Positions 37,974 to 46,183 of a DNA stretch of 64,000 nt are shown here, piece by piece. Every line of letters starts with the position of its first letter. Position 1 is the stretch's first letter. The DNA comes from Candidatus Microgenomates bacterium (GTDB taxonomy: Bacteria > Patescibacteriota > Microgenomatia > JACQLA01), in contig JACQLA010000005.1 of the NCBI GenBank assembly GCA_016204255.1, positions 132,339 through 196,338 of the forward strand, read 5' to 3'. The notes under the pieces are model-generated. The model saw only the letters and a list, made by a program, of their open reading frames with translations. It had not been told where the DNA came from and ran no database searches. The translations under genes and the position numbers were made by a program.

Positions 37974-39824
37974 ATGCGAGCTAATGCCTTTTCTACACAA
38001 AAGGCCAAAATCGTGGGGAACTCTCAGGATGAGAGCTGGTCTCAAGCCCTGACTTTGGTCAATTTACAAATTGTTTTAAGTCTCTCCGGTGGCGATGAAA
38101 ATTCAACGCTGGGAAAAGAGCTGATCGCCTTTTTAACGCAAGAAGATCATTTTCAAAAAGAGAACCTTGCCGAGCTTGCTCTGCTCGGGCAAAAGTTAAA
38201 AGAAAAAGTTCCCCCGGAAAAAAACTTATCCTTAATTTTAGGATTGACGGTCAGAAACGCTCTTTATTTGGTATCTTTTGGCGGCCAGGCCTTTTTAAAG
38301 CGGGGAGAAAAAATGGTGGAGGTTTTAAATGGGGAAGGAAAGACTTCGGGATTTCTAAACGATGAGGATATTGTTATTTTGGGGACGAACCATTTTTTTC
38401 AGGTTATTTCTGAAGACTTGGTTCAAAATCTGGATCATCACTCTCCTGAGGAGATTGCAGAAAGATTAGCCTCGTTGATTTTGAAAGCAGAGGAAAATGG
38501 CGATTGTGCCGCCTTAATTTTAAAATTTGCAAAAAACCAGGAAGATCAGGTTTGGGAAGAAGAGACAAGGGTGGAGGAAAAAATGACGACGACGGTGGTT
38601 ACAGAAGAACATGGAGAAGAAAGGTCTAAAAATAATTATTTTAACCTCTCTGTTTTTCTAAATTTTTTAAAATCGAGGATACCAAAATCTAAGCGACCGT
38701 TGTATCTTGCGGGGTCGGGTGAAGAACGGTCTAAAAAAACTCTTTTGACGGTAGCCTTGCTCATTATTGTTTTACTCATTATAAGTATTGTTTTGGGTGC
38801 CGTTAAAAAACGCCAGGATGAGCAATCTGCGCAATTTAATGAGCTCTATCAATCAGTCAATCAGAAGTATGAGGATGGTAAGGGTTTACTTGGCCTAAAT
38901 GATGCCTTGGCTAAGGAACAGCTTTCTCAGGCTTTAAGGGGGATGGAGGAGATTAACGCGGTAGACACCTGGAATTCCGGACAAAAGAAAAAAATTGAGG
39001 AACTTGAGAAGAAAATTAATGAAGATTTGGTAACCGCCTCGCGCCTTTATAAAATCCCTGAGCCTTCCGTTTTTTGGGATACAACTTTAGTTAAAGAAGG
39101 CAGTCAGGGAAAAAAGTTGGCCATTGCGGCTGATAAAATGGCGATTTTAGATATTAAAAATCATTTAGTTTATTTTCTTTCTATTAAAACAAAAGCGGTT
39201 AAAACACTGGGAATAAAGAACTTGACCGGGGAGAAGTCTTTAGCGATTTTGGGAGATAAAGTTTATGTTTTGGGCGAAGAGGGAGTGGTGGAAATCAACG
39301 CTAAAAATCAAAGCAGCCAGCGGGTAATTAATAAAGAAAATGATTGGGGGGAAACCCAGTTTTTGTCCGCTTACGGTTCAAGTCTGTATATTTTAGACAA
39401 AAATGGTCGGATTTGGAAGTATGCTCAAGGAGACAGCGGTTTTACGTCCGGCCGGAATTATCTTAAGGCAGAAATTACGCCCGATTTTTCTGAAGCCCTG
39501 GGCTTGGCCGTTGATAGCTCCGTTTGGGTTTTATCGGGAGCGGAAATTGTTAAATTTTCCCTTGGAAATCCTGAGAGCTTTTCTATTTCGGGTATTGAGA
39601 GTCTGGGTAATCCCGGCGCCTTTTTCACCAATGAAGAAAATAATAAACTTTATCTTTGGGCTTCTAATCAGCGAAAACTTATAGTTTTAGATAAAAGCGG
39701 CGTTTATCAGTTTCAATATGAATTGGGAGACATTGGGCCGGTAGGCGATATAGCCGCTTCCGAAGAGGAGAAGAAGATCTTTCTTTTGGGGGGAAGTAAA
39801 ATTTACGGCCTAGACATTAAGTAA
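37974..39824 (+). CDS. single-pass membrane protein, C-terminal repeat (beta-propeller-like) domain
   Basis: TM LLTVALLIIVLLIISIVLGAV around residue 255; repeated V(Y/W)VL..G..(I/V) strands in the C-terminal half. Confidence 0.45.
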   Translation: MRANAFSTQKAKIVGNSQDESWSQALTLVNLQIVLSLSGGDENSTLGKELIAFLTQEDHFQKENLAELALLGQKLKEKVPPEKNLSLILGLTVRNALYLVSFGGQAFLKRGEKMVEVLNGEGKTSGFLNDEDIVILGTNHFFQVISEDLVQNLDHHSPEEIAERLASLILKAEENGDCAALILKFAKNQEDQVWEEETRVEEKMTTTVVTEEHGEERSKNNYFNLSVFLNFLKSRIPKSKRPLYLAGSGEERSKKTLLTVALLIIVLLIISIVLGAVKKRQDEQSAQFNELYQSVNQKYEDGKGLLGLNDALAKEQLSQALRGMEEINAVDTWNSGQKKKIEELEKKINEDLVTASRLYKIPEPSVFWDTTLVKEGSQGKKLAIAADKMAILDIKNHLVYFLSIKTKAVKTLGIKNLTGEKSLAILGDKVYVLGEEGVVEINAKNQSSQRVINKENDWGETQFLSAYGSSLYILDKNGRIWKYAQGDSGFTSGRNYLKAEITPDFSEALGLAVDSSVWVLSGAEIVKFSLGNPESFSISGIESLGNPGAFFTNEENNKLYLWASNQRKLIVLDKSGVYQFQYELGDIGPVGDIAASEEEKKIFLLGGSKIYGLDIK

Positions 39825-39845
39825 CTTTCTAGTAAAATCCTACCT

Positions 39846-40283
39846 ATGCGTATTGTAAACCGACGTGTCATTCACGACTTTCAGATTTTAGAGAAATTTG
39901 AGGCGGGGATAAACTTGACCGGTCCGGAGGTGAAGGCGGTAAAAGGGGAGCACCTGGACTTGACGGGAAGTTTTGTAAAAGTAGTCGGGAGCGAGATTTA
40001 TTTGGTTAATGCCAAAATCTATGCACCCAGTTATGCTCAATCGCAGGATTATGATTTGGCCCGAACCCGTAAACTGCTTTTACACAAAAAACAGATATTA
40101 GCGCTGAGGACAAAAATGGCCCAGAGTAATTTGACAATCGTGCCTCTGACATGCTATACTAAGCACGGTTTAATCAAGCTCGAAATAGCTTTGGCCAAAG
40201 GTAAAAAACAGTCAGACAAACGGGAAGAGTTGAGAAGAAAAGATATCGATCGGGAACTTGAACGAGAATTACGAAGAAAATAA
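39846..40283 (+). CDS. smpB: SsrA-binding protein SmpB
   Basis: NRRVIHDFQILEKFEAGINLTGPEVKA... and ...LLLHKKQI signatures; followed by the tmRNA gene. Confidence 0.9.
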   Translation: MRIVNRRVIHDFQILEKFEAGINLTGPEVKAVKGEHLDLTGSFVKVVGSEIYLVNAKIYAPSYAQSQDYDLARTRKLLLHKKQILALRTKMAQSNLTIVPLTCYTKHGLIKLEIALAKGKKQSDKREELRRKDIDRELERELRRK

Positions 40284-40301
40284 ATATAAAATATTTTAAA
40301 C

Positions 40302-40719
40302 GGGGATGTTAAGATTCGACGGGGAAGCACTTTGAAAACTGCAAGCCGACTTTGATCAAAAGCCGTTAAACAGGGTCAAAAAAACAAATGTCAACAAATT
40401 AGTTGGCAAGGTTACAGGAGCGATGAATGCGTTCGCGCGTGTTTTTACTCCGGTAGCTCCGAATTACGCTTTTGCCTAAAAGCGCTTTGGCGTAAAACGG
40501 CATTTATAGGGTTTTTTCCTGATGAGGCCTTATAGGTGTAAACCTAGTCAGGATGAGAAAAGTTGAGTAGCTGACGTCAGCTTTTCAAATAAAAAGTTAG
40601 CTAGTCTTAATTTTCCAGTCGAAAGGACCAGATTAAGGCGAAACTTTAAATTTCGACTAAGCTTGTAGAAATTTTCAATTTGAATTTCTCGGACCCGGGC
40701 TCATTACCCGGCATCTCCA
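40302..40719 (+). ncRNA. ssrA: tmRNA (ssrA); tag reading frame ends ...APNYAFA* (stop TAA 40477-40479); CCA not encoded
   Basis: 5' GGGGATGTTAAGATTCGACGGGG. 3' T-arm CCGGG/CCCGG. Acceptor GGGGATG pairs with CATCTCC, including the G3:U pair, with discriminator A. Tag ORF gct ccg aat tac gct ttt gcc taa. Confidence 0.8.
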
Positions 40720-40865
40720 CTCTTCGCTCCTAAGGTAAAACTTAGGAGCTGCGAGGTGGCACAGCCACTTTAATTAGTAAGTTCACGGGAATCATAGGCG
40801 GAGAGTGTCCCTACCGTAGCTCGCCAGAGCGAAGGGGGGCTTTTTTATTTTGATAGAATAATTTT

Positions 40866-41108
40866 GTGTATTATGTTTATATATTAAAGCTCAGAGATCA
40901 GACTCATTACATCGGATATTCGGCAGCTTTAAAAGAAAGAGTAAAAGAGCACGCTAAGGGAACTATTTCTCAAACAAAACATCTTTTACCGTGCAATCTT
41001 GTCTTTTATGCGGCTTTCTCATCTAAATTAAAGGCCTTGCAATTCGAAAAATATTTAAAAACTAACTCCGGCTTTGCTTTTAGAAATAAAAGATTGATCG
41101 AAAGATAG
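40866..41108 (+). CDS. small GIY-YIG (URI-domain) nuclease, copy 1 (80 aa)
   Basis: MYYVYILK...HYIGYS...RVKEH...VFYAAF carries the GIY/YIG/R/E pattern; lies 146 nt after the tmRNA 3' end. Confidence 0.8.
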   Translation: MYYVYILKLRDQTHYIGYSAALKERVKEHAKGTISQTKHLLPCNLVFYAAFSSKLKALQFEKYLKTNSGFAFRNKRLIER

Positions 41109-41111
41109 AAG

Positions 41112-41927
41112 ATGAAAAAATTGTATATTTTAAAACTTGGCGGAAGCCTGCTGACCGAAAAGAAAAGCGGACAGCCCAAAGCTAGAATAGCCCAAATCCA
41201 AAGGATCGCCCGGGAGATCAAGCTGGCCCAGGAGAAAAATAACTTTTCTTTAGTTCTGGTGCACGGCGTGGGTTCTTTCGGTCATCCACGGGCCCAAGAG
41301 TATAAGCTTTGGCAGGGAATCTTTAATCGGAAGCAGTATCTAGAATTTTGTCGCAATAATCTTGATGACCTGACTCTTAATAAAATTTTACTGGAGAATT
41401 TTTTAGAAAAAGATTTACCGGTTTTTCCCGTTCAGCCAAGTGCCGTAATTACCCAAGTGAATGGTAAGATAAAAACTTTTGAAACGAAGATTATTAAGGA
41501 GCTGTTGCAAAAAAATTTTATTCCCGTTCTTTACGGTAATGTGGTTTTAGACTCGGCCCTCAACGGTTCGGTTTGTTCCGGAGATGCTATTGTTTGCTAT
41601 TTAGCCAAAAAACTAAAAGCAGCTAGGGTCTTTTTTGCTACCGATGTGGATGGGGTTTATACCGCCGATCCTAATTCAGACACCCAAGCGATTCTGATAA
41701 AAAAGATCGATAAAAAAAATTTTGAGCAGATTTTCCCGGGAATTGGCAAATCAAGCGCTAAAACCGATGCCGGGGGAGGAATGAGAGGAAAAATTTTGGA
41801 GATTAAAGAACAGATTTCTCAGATTGAAACAAGTATTTTTAACGGCTCGCAACCTGAAAATATTTTTGAAGTTTTGACTGGAAAGTGTTTGGGAACCCTA
41901 ATTCGGTTTGGAGAGCGGGCAGGTTGA
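41112..41927 (+). CDS. isopentenyl phosphate kinase (amino-acid-kinase fold)
   Basis: ILKLGGSLLTEK and LVLVHGVGSFGHP match the IPK signature (LKLGGS / HGGGAFGH in archaeal IPKs, from memory). Confidence 0.7.
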   Translation: MKKLYILKLGGSLLTEKKSGQPKARIAQIQRIAREIKLAQEKNNFSLVLVHGVGSFGHPRAQEYKLWQGIFNRKQYLEFCRNNLDDLTLNKILLENFLEKDLPVFPVQPSAVITQVNGKIKTFETKIIKELLQKNFIPVLYGNVVLDSALNGSVCSGDAIVCYLAKKLKAARVFFATDVDGVYTADPNSDTQAILIKKIDKKNFEQIFPGIGKSSAKTDAGGGMRGKILEIKEQISQIETSIFNGSQPENIFEVLTGKCLGTLIRFGERAG

Positions 41928-42717
41928 CTATCAACCGCTGAATTATTTTTGATACATAGGGCCGAAAAATTTGATCGTTCGGATAGTCTTCGGGGATGTG
42001 TAGTTCTTCTCGTCCTGTTGCCACACCAGATTTTAAAAGCATCATTTTCTCTAAAGGAGAAAGTCTTTTTAAGATTGACGGCTCATGATTTTCTGAGGCG
42101 AATAACGATAAAGGAATAGCCCGAGAATCAACTGTATCTGAAATATGGCCGTCAACGCAAAAAGGAATGGGCGGGATGTCCAAGTCAGGAATGTAAGTAA
42201 CAAAAATATCTATCACGGCTCCTGCTTCATCGACAAAAATAAGTTTTTGTGCTGGTTTGAGTTTTGTTTGAACCGCCTCTTCGGGCTTGATTTGCCGTGG
42301 ATTATCGTAGATCCGCTGAAAGGGAACACTGCAATCAGTCACGATAAGAACATGTTGGTAGGGAGGTTTTTCCGTAACATTTGGAGCAGAGAAGCGTCCT
42401 AAATACACCAATTTACCGGGATTTTCAATTTTAATTCCGGTCTCAGCGTACAATTCTCGCTCTGCCGTTTTACGCGCTGCCCCTTTTTCTATAGATCCAT
42501 CCTTATCTTCGTTTACACGCCCGACTGGAAACGAGGAAGACCCGCAAACTTTTAAGAGACCATAATCGGTTCTAGTCTCCGTAATAAAAACTGCTGAAGG
42601 GCCATTTTCAGTATCGGTAAGTACGATAGTTCCAGCAGTATGCAGTCTTCCGTTTTCCCGGCGACAATAAGCAGGGGCGGGCTCTTTTGATAAAAGGACT
42701 TCGTGTGGATTTCTCAT
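41839..42717 (-). CDS. NUDIX-domain protein with a C-terminal extension
   Basis: Nudix box GRVNEDKDGSIEKGAARKTAERELYAETGI (G-x5-E-x7-REUxEExGU-like); its 3' end overlaps the IPK gene convergently by 89 nt. Confidence 0.55.
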   Translation of the reverse strand: MRNPHEVLLSKEPAPAYCRRENGRLHTAGTIVLTDTENGPSAVFITETRTDYGLLKVCGSSSFPVGRVNEDKDGSIEKGAARKTAERELYAETGIKIENPGKLVYLGRFSAPNVTEKPPYQHVLIVTDCSVPFQRIYDNPRQIKPEEAVQTKLKPAQKLIFVDEAGAVIDIFVTYIPDLDIPPIPFCVDGHISDTVDSRAIPLSLFASENHEPSILKRLSPLEKMMLLKSGVATGREELHIPEDYPNDQIFRPYVSKIIQRLIVNLPALQTELGFPNTFQSKLQKYFQVASR

Positions 42718-42724
42718 AGTAAAA

Positions 42725-43453
42725 TTGATCGTCGTATACTACTATAAAGGTGTGATTTTATCAACTTTACTGGATCTTTTTTTCCCCAAGCGCTGTGTGG
42801 CATGCGGGAAGCATGGTTTCTATCTTTGTTTTTCATGCTTATCCCAGATTAAGTTTGTTAAAGATCCAGTTTGTCCGCTTTGCGAGCGTCCAGCGATCGG
42901 CGGCGCTGCTCATCCGGGTTGTCAAAAACAAAACAGCCTTGACGGTTTAATTTCTGTCTGTTTTTATCAGGGGCCGTTAAGGGAAGCTATTAAGCGGTTG
43001 AAATATAAACCGTGGATTACGGATTTGGGGCAGATTTTAGGTGAGATAATGATTAAAAACGAAAGGTTGTTGCGATTGATTAGTGATAAGGGCCAATGGT
43101 TTCTTATCCCGATTCCCCTGCATCCTAGCCGGGAAAGACAACGCGGGTTTAATCAATCGGAAATTTTAGGCAGGTTACTAGCTGAAAAATTAAAAATAGA
43201 CTTTAGTCCTGCCTTGCTGGTTCGGCAAAAAAGAACTTTACCACAGGCAGAATTACGGGGGACGGAGCGACAGCAAAATATCAGAGGCGTTTTTTCTCTC
43301 AACCCTCGAATTAATAAAAAGATTGATCTAAGGAATCGATCGATTCTTTTAATTGATGATGTTTGGACAACAGGTGCAACATTGCGTGCCGGCGGCCAAA
43401 TTCTTAAAAAATCCGGGGCAAAACGAGTTTGGGGTCTAACTCTGGCGCGTTGA
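42725..43453 (+). CDS. comF: ComF-family phosphoribosyltransferase-like protein
   Basis: N-terminal Cys4 (CVACG..CFSC..CPLC) and PRTase loop LLIDDVWTTGATL. Confidence 0.75.
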   Translation: MIVVYYYKGVILSTLLDLFFPKRCVACGKHGFYLCFSCLSQIKFVKDPVCPLCERPAIGGAAHPGCQKQNSLDGLISVCFYQGPLREAIKRLKYKPWITDLGQILGEIMIKNERLLRLISDKGQWFLIPIPLHPSRERQRGFNQSEILGRLLAEKLKIDFSPALLVRQKRTLPQAELRGTERQQNIRGVFSLNPRINKKIDLRNRSILLIDDVWTTGATLRAGGQILKKSGAKRVWGLTLAR

Positions 43454-43478
43454 ATCGAGGCTCGTTTTTTGCTATACT
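43450..43478 (+). promoter_or_regulatory. candidate promoter for tRNA-Ser(GCT): TTGAAT, 17-nt spacer, TATACT
   Basis: Read directly from the sequence; 10 nt upstream of the tRNA 5' end. Confidence 0.45.
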
Positions 43479-43488
43479 CAAGCTGACT

Positions 43489-43574
43489 GGAGGAGTGACC
43501 GAGTGGCTTATGGTGCAGGTTTGCTAAACCTGTGTCCTGTAAAGGGCGCGTGGGTTCGAATCCCACCTCCTCCG
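43489..43574 (+). tRNA. tRNA-Ser(GCT), class II, CCA not encoded
   Basis: Hand-folded cloverleaf: acceptor GGAGGAG/CTCCTCC, anticodon loop TTGCTAA, long variable arm, T-arm GTGGG-TTCGAAT-CCCAC. Confidence 0.85.
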
Positions 43575-43577
43575 CAA

Positions 43578-43644
43578 CGTAAGAAATCGCTAGGCGATTT
43601 CAACGTTGCTGGAGCGTTGAAATTCACGAAGTGAATTTCTTACG
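43578..43644 (+). repeat. 67-nt nested-palindrome leader (element D) between tRNA-Ser(GCT) and GIY-YIG copy 2
   Basis: CGTAAGAAAT|CGC-TAG-GCG|ATTTCAACG-TTGCTGGAG-CGTTGAAAT|TCAC-GAA-GTGA|ATTTCTTACG. All four helices are perfectly complementary. Confidence 0.7.
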
Positions 43645-43652
43645 CTGCCGCC

Positions 43653-43913
43653 ATGTTCTATTATGTATATATTCTCCGAAGCCAAAAAAGTGGTAGTCTG
43701 TATATCGGATATACGACAGATTTAATAAAGAGGTTCGAACAGCATAATAACGGTAAAAGTCAAGCAACAAAGCCATTCCGACCCTATAAACTTATTTATT
43801 ATGAAGCGTTTTTGGATAGAGTTGATGCAAAGAGGAGAGAGGTATATCTGAAAAGTGGATATGGGAGAAAAACGATAAATAGATTACTTAACAAATATTT
43901 AAAGCAGGGTTAG
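43653..43913 (+). CDS. small GIY-YIG nuclease, copy 2 (86 aa)
   Basis: MFYYVYILRS..LYIGYTTDL..RFEQH..LIYYEAF. Confidence 0.85.
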   Translation: MFYYVYILRSQKSGSLYIGYTTDLIKRFEQHNNGKSQATKPFRPYKLIYYEAFLDRVDAKRREVYLKSGYGRKTINRLLNKYLKQG

Positions 43914-43936
43914 AATATAAAAAATATATTAAGTTT

Positions 43937-44341
43937 ATGGAAATAACAAACGAAAAACTTATCCAAAGGGCACAAAAAATAGTTAAACCAACTAAGCAGC
44001 GGAATGGTTTTTCGATTGCTGATTGTGGGGCCGCTTTGTTGACGGATAAGGGAAATATTTATTTGGGGTTAAGTATTGATACTCCATCAAGTATGGGTTT
44101 TTGTAGCGAACATGCAGCAATAGCTACCATGGTTACTGCCGGAGAATATAAAATCAAAAAAATTGTGGCAGTTCTTGAAGACGGCACAATTTTACCCCCA
44201 TGCGGAAGATGCCGCGAATTCATTTACCAAATTGATAGAGGAAATTTGGAGACAGAGGTGATAATTGCCGAGAACGAAGTGGTTAAACTGAAAGATTTAC
44301 TTCCTTATCCGTGGGATGAGAATTTAGAAAATAGGTTCTAA
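43937..44341 (+). CDS. cdd: cytidine deaminase
   Basis: Zinc ligand motifs CSEHAAI and PCGRCREF. Confidence 0.8.
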   Translation: MEITNEKLIQRAQKIVKPTKQRNGFSIADCGAALLTDKGNIYLGLSIDTPSSMGFCSEHAAIATMVTAGEYKIKKIVAVLEDGTILPPCGRCREFIYQIDRGNLETEVIIAENEVVKLKDLLPYPWDENLENRF

Positions 44342-44370
44342 TGGTGCCAATGGTTCGCCGCAGATATAGA

Positions 44371-44459
44371 GGAAGGGTGTCCGAGTGGTTTAAGGAGATG
44401 GTCTTGAAAACCATTGGATCGTAAGATCCTCGTGGGTTCGAATCCCACCCCTTCCGCCA
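44371..44459 (+). tRNA. tRNA-Ser(TGA), CCA encoded
   Basis: Acceptor GGAAGGG/CCCTTCC, anticodon loop CTTGAAA, long variable arm, T-arm GTGGG-TTCGAAT-CCCAC, GCCA 3' end. Confidence 0.85.
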
Positions 44460-44478
44460 ATTTTTTAAAACTTTTGAT

Positions 44479-44838
44479 ATGAGTATAAAAATTGAGAGAG
44501 CAAATCTTGCTCCCCAAATAGCTTATGATCTTGAGGCTCAAGCGATCACTATTCAGTGGGCTTTAACGGAAGGAGAGCTGGTTAAAATTGCACGTTTTCT
44601 GGAACGGGTTGAGTTAATTGAAGAGCTCGGACTCGAATGGTACCGATTGTATTATAAAAGTGATCAGGGTGATTCAGTGGCCACTGTTTGTAAAGAACAT
44701 GTAGATCAAGCAGTGTTAGATGAAATGAATACCGGAGACACGATGACTTTTATTCAAACCCGAGAGCGAAAGCCAGAAGTTTTTGACGGGCGAGAATTGT
44801 GCGCAGTAGCCGCAATCCTGTCGGGAGAACAGCTTTAA
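44479..44838 (+). CDS. hypothetical protein (119 aa)
   Basis: ORF track only. Confidence 0.4.
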   Translation: MSIKIERANLAPQIAYDLEAQAITIQWALTEGELVKIARFLERVELIEELGLEWYRLYYKSDQGDSVATVCKEHVDQAVLDEMNTGDTMTFIQTRERKPEVFDGRELCAVAAILSGEQL

Positions 44839-44944
44839 AGAAGAAAAAATAACCCGAAGCACCAATTAAATTAATGCCGACATCTTGAAGGCCGAGAAAA
44901 TGATATAATTATTGTGTTCTTCAAGAACAACAAAAGGAGGAAGT

Positions 44945-45562
44945 ATGCCTGCCCGAGAAAATTTAACGGTTATAAGCTCGCAAACGCCTAAAAATAATCC
45001 AGGCGGAGCTCAAAACCAGGTTAGCACATTGAAAGAAAATTCAGGTAAAGAGCAAGAAGAGGTTAGAACTCTCCTTTCCTGGAAGGCAAATTCCCGGCCC
45101 TTTAAAGAGCGGGGGAAGGAGTATTTTAAAACCCTGGGAGCGATTCTTTTTTTTGTCAGTGTGGTTTTGCTTTTTATCAAAGAGTGGCTTTTAATCGGGG
45201 CGATTTGGGCTTTTTTCTTTATTACGTATGTTTTAAGCCGGGTTCCGCCCGAAGATGTTGAGCACAAGATTACTACTCAAGGTATTACGACCGGAGGAAA
45301 AGTTTATCTTTGGCGGGAATTGTCAGACTTCTGGTTTACTCAAAATCATGGCCAGACAGTCTTAAACATTGATATCCTGCCGACAGGGAGGGTTAGATTT
45401 TTAGGACGGCTGCTGATTCTTTTGGGTGATCAATCCGAAACAAAAGTCAGAGAAATTTTGGCTAAATACTTGTCCTACCGCGAGATTCCGGAAAAAAACT
45501 GGATGGATAACGCAAGCGGTTGGCTGGCCAGAAAAATTCCGCTGGAAAAAAGTACAAACTAA
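44945..45562 (+). CDS. two-TM membrane protein (start moved to MPARENL)
   Basis: AGGAGG at 44934-44939, 5 nt before the ATG at 44945; TM pair LGAILFFVSVVLLFI / LLIGAIWAFFFITYVL. Confidence 0.5.
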   Translation: MPARENLTVISSQTPKNNPGGAQNQVSTLKENSGKEQEEVRTLLSWKANSRPFKERGKEYFKTLGAILFFVSVVLLFIKEWLLIGAIWAFFFITYVLSRVPPEDVEHKITTQGITTGGKVYLWRELSDFWFTQNHGQTVLNIDILPTGRVRFLGRLLILLGDQSETKVREILAKYLSYREIPEKNWMDNASGWLARKIPLEKSTN

Positions 45563-45586
45563 TTTCTGCCCGGATCACAACTGTTT

Positions 45587-45660
45587 GTGCCCGTAGCTTA
45601 ACTGGATAGAGCACAAGATTGCGGATCTTGAGGTTGGAGGTTCAAGTCCTCCCGGGCACG
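45587..45660 (+). tRNA. tRNA-Arg(GCG), CCA not encoded
   Basis: Acceptor GTGCCCG/CGGGCAC, anticodon stem CAAGA/TCTTG with loop TTGCGGA, T-arm GGAGG-TTCAAGT-CCTCC. Confidence 0.8.
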
Positions 45661-45662
45661 CA

Positions 45663-45723
45663 ACGTACAAAATCAAAGATTTTTACGTTGCTGAGACGTA
45701 AAATTACTTTGTAATTTGTACGT
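45663..45723 (+). repeat. 61-nt nested-palindrome leader (element A) between tRNA-Arg(GCG) and GIY-YIG copy 3
   Basis: ACGTACAAA|ATC-AAA-GAT|TTTTACGT-TGCTGAG-ACGTAAAA|TTAC-TTT-GTAA|TTTGTACGT. Same architecture as element D with different helix sequences. Confidence 0.7.
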
Positions 45724-45730
45724 CTCGCCC

Positions 45731-45982
45731 ATGTATTTTGTTTATGTGCTCAGAAGCGATAAAGATGCTAGCCTATACATAGGCTATACGGGTAATCTGA
45801 AAAAGCGTTTTATAGAGCACATCACCGGTTTGTCATTAGCCACGAGATATAAAAGACCTTACTCATTGATCTACTATGAAGCTTTTGTAGATAGAGTTGA
45901 CGCAAAAGACAGGGAAATTTATTTGAAAAGCGGCTGGGGCTTTAGAAGCATAAAAAAGATATTAAAGCGGTCTTTAAAGTAG
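45731..45982 (+). CDS. small GIY-YIG nuclease, copy 3 (83 aa; start moved from 45716 to the MYFVYVLRS ATG)
   Basis: MYFVYVLRS..LYIGYTGNL..RFIEH..LIYYEAF. The other copies all start directly at the M(Y/F)(Y/F)VY motif. The stop lies 2 nt before tRNA-Ser(CGA). Confidence 0.85.
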   Translation: MYFVYVLRSDKDASLYIGYTGNLKKRFIEHITGLSLATRYKRPYSLIYYEAFVDRVDAKDREIYLKSGWGFRSIKKILKRSLK

Positions 45983-45984
45983 CT

Positions 45985-46068
45985 GGAGGGTTGGCCGAGC
46001 GGTTTAAGGCGCTGGTTTCGAAAACCAGTGGGCGTAAGCCCTCACAGGTTCGAATCCTGTACCCTCCG
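45985..46068 (+). tRNA. tRNA-Ser(CGA)
   Basis: Acceptor GGAGGGT/ACCCTCC, anticodon loop TTCGAAA, long variable arm, T-arm ACAGG-TTCGAAT-CCTGT. Confidence 0.85.
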
Positions 46069-46098
46069 CCCGTATCGCTAACGAAACTTCGCTAAGTT

Positions 46099-46172
46099 GT
46101 GCCCGTAGCTCAGTGGATTAGAGCATCAGTTTCCGGAACTGGGGGTCGGAGGTTCGAATCCTCCCGGGCACG
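46099..46172 (+). tRNA. tRNA-Arg(CCG)
   Basis: Acceptor GTGCCCG/CGGGCAC (identical to the GCG isoacceptor), anticodon loop TTCCGGA, T-arm GGAGG-TTCGAAT-CCTCC. Confidence 0.85.
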
Positions 46173-46183
46173 CAGTTAATTTT

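Noticed and set aside
43153-43566. Minus-strand ORFs translating as ...GFEPTR... (43153-43566, 44338-44541, 46118-46390)
   Set aside because: They run through tRNA genes; GFEPTR is simply the reverse translation of the GGTTCGAATCC T-arm. Artefacts.
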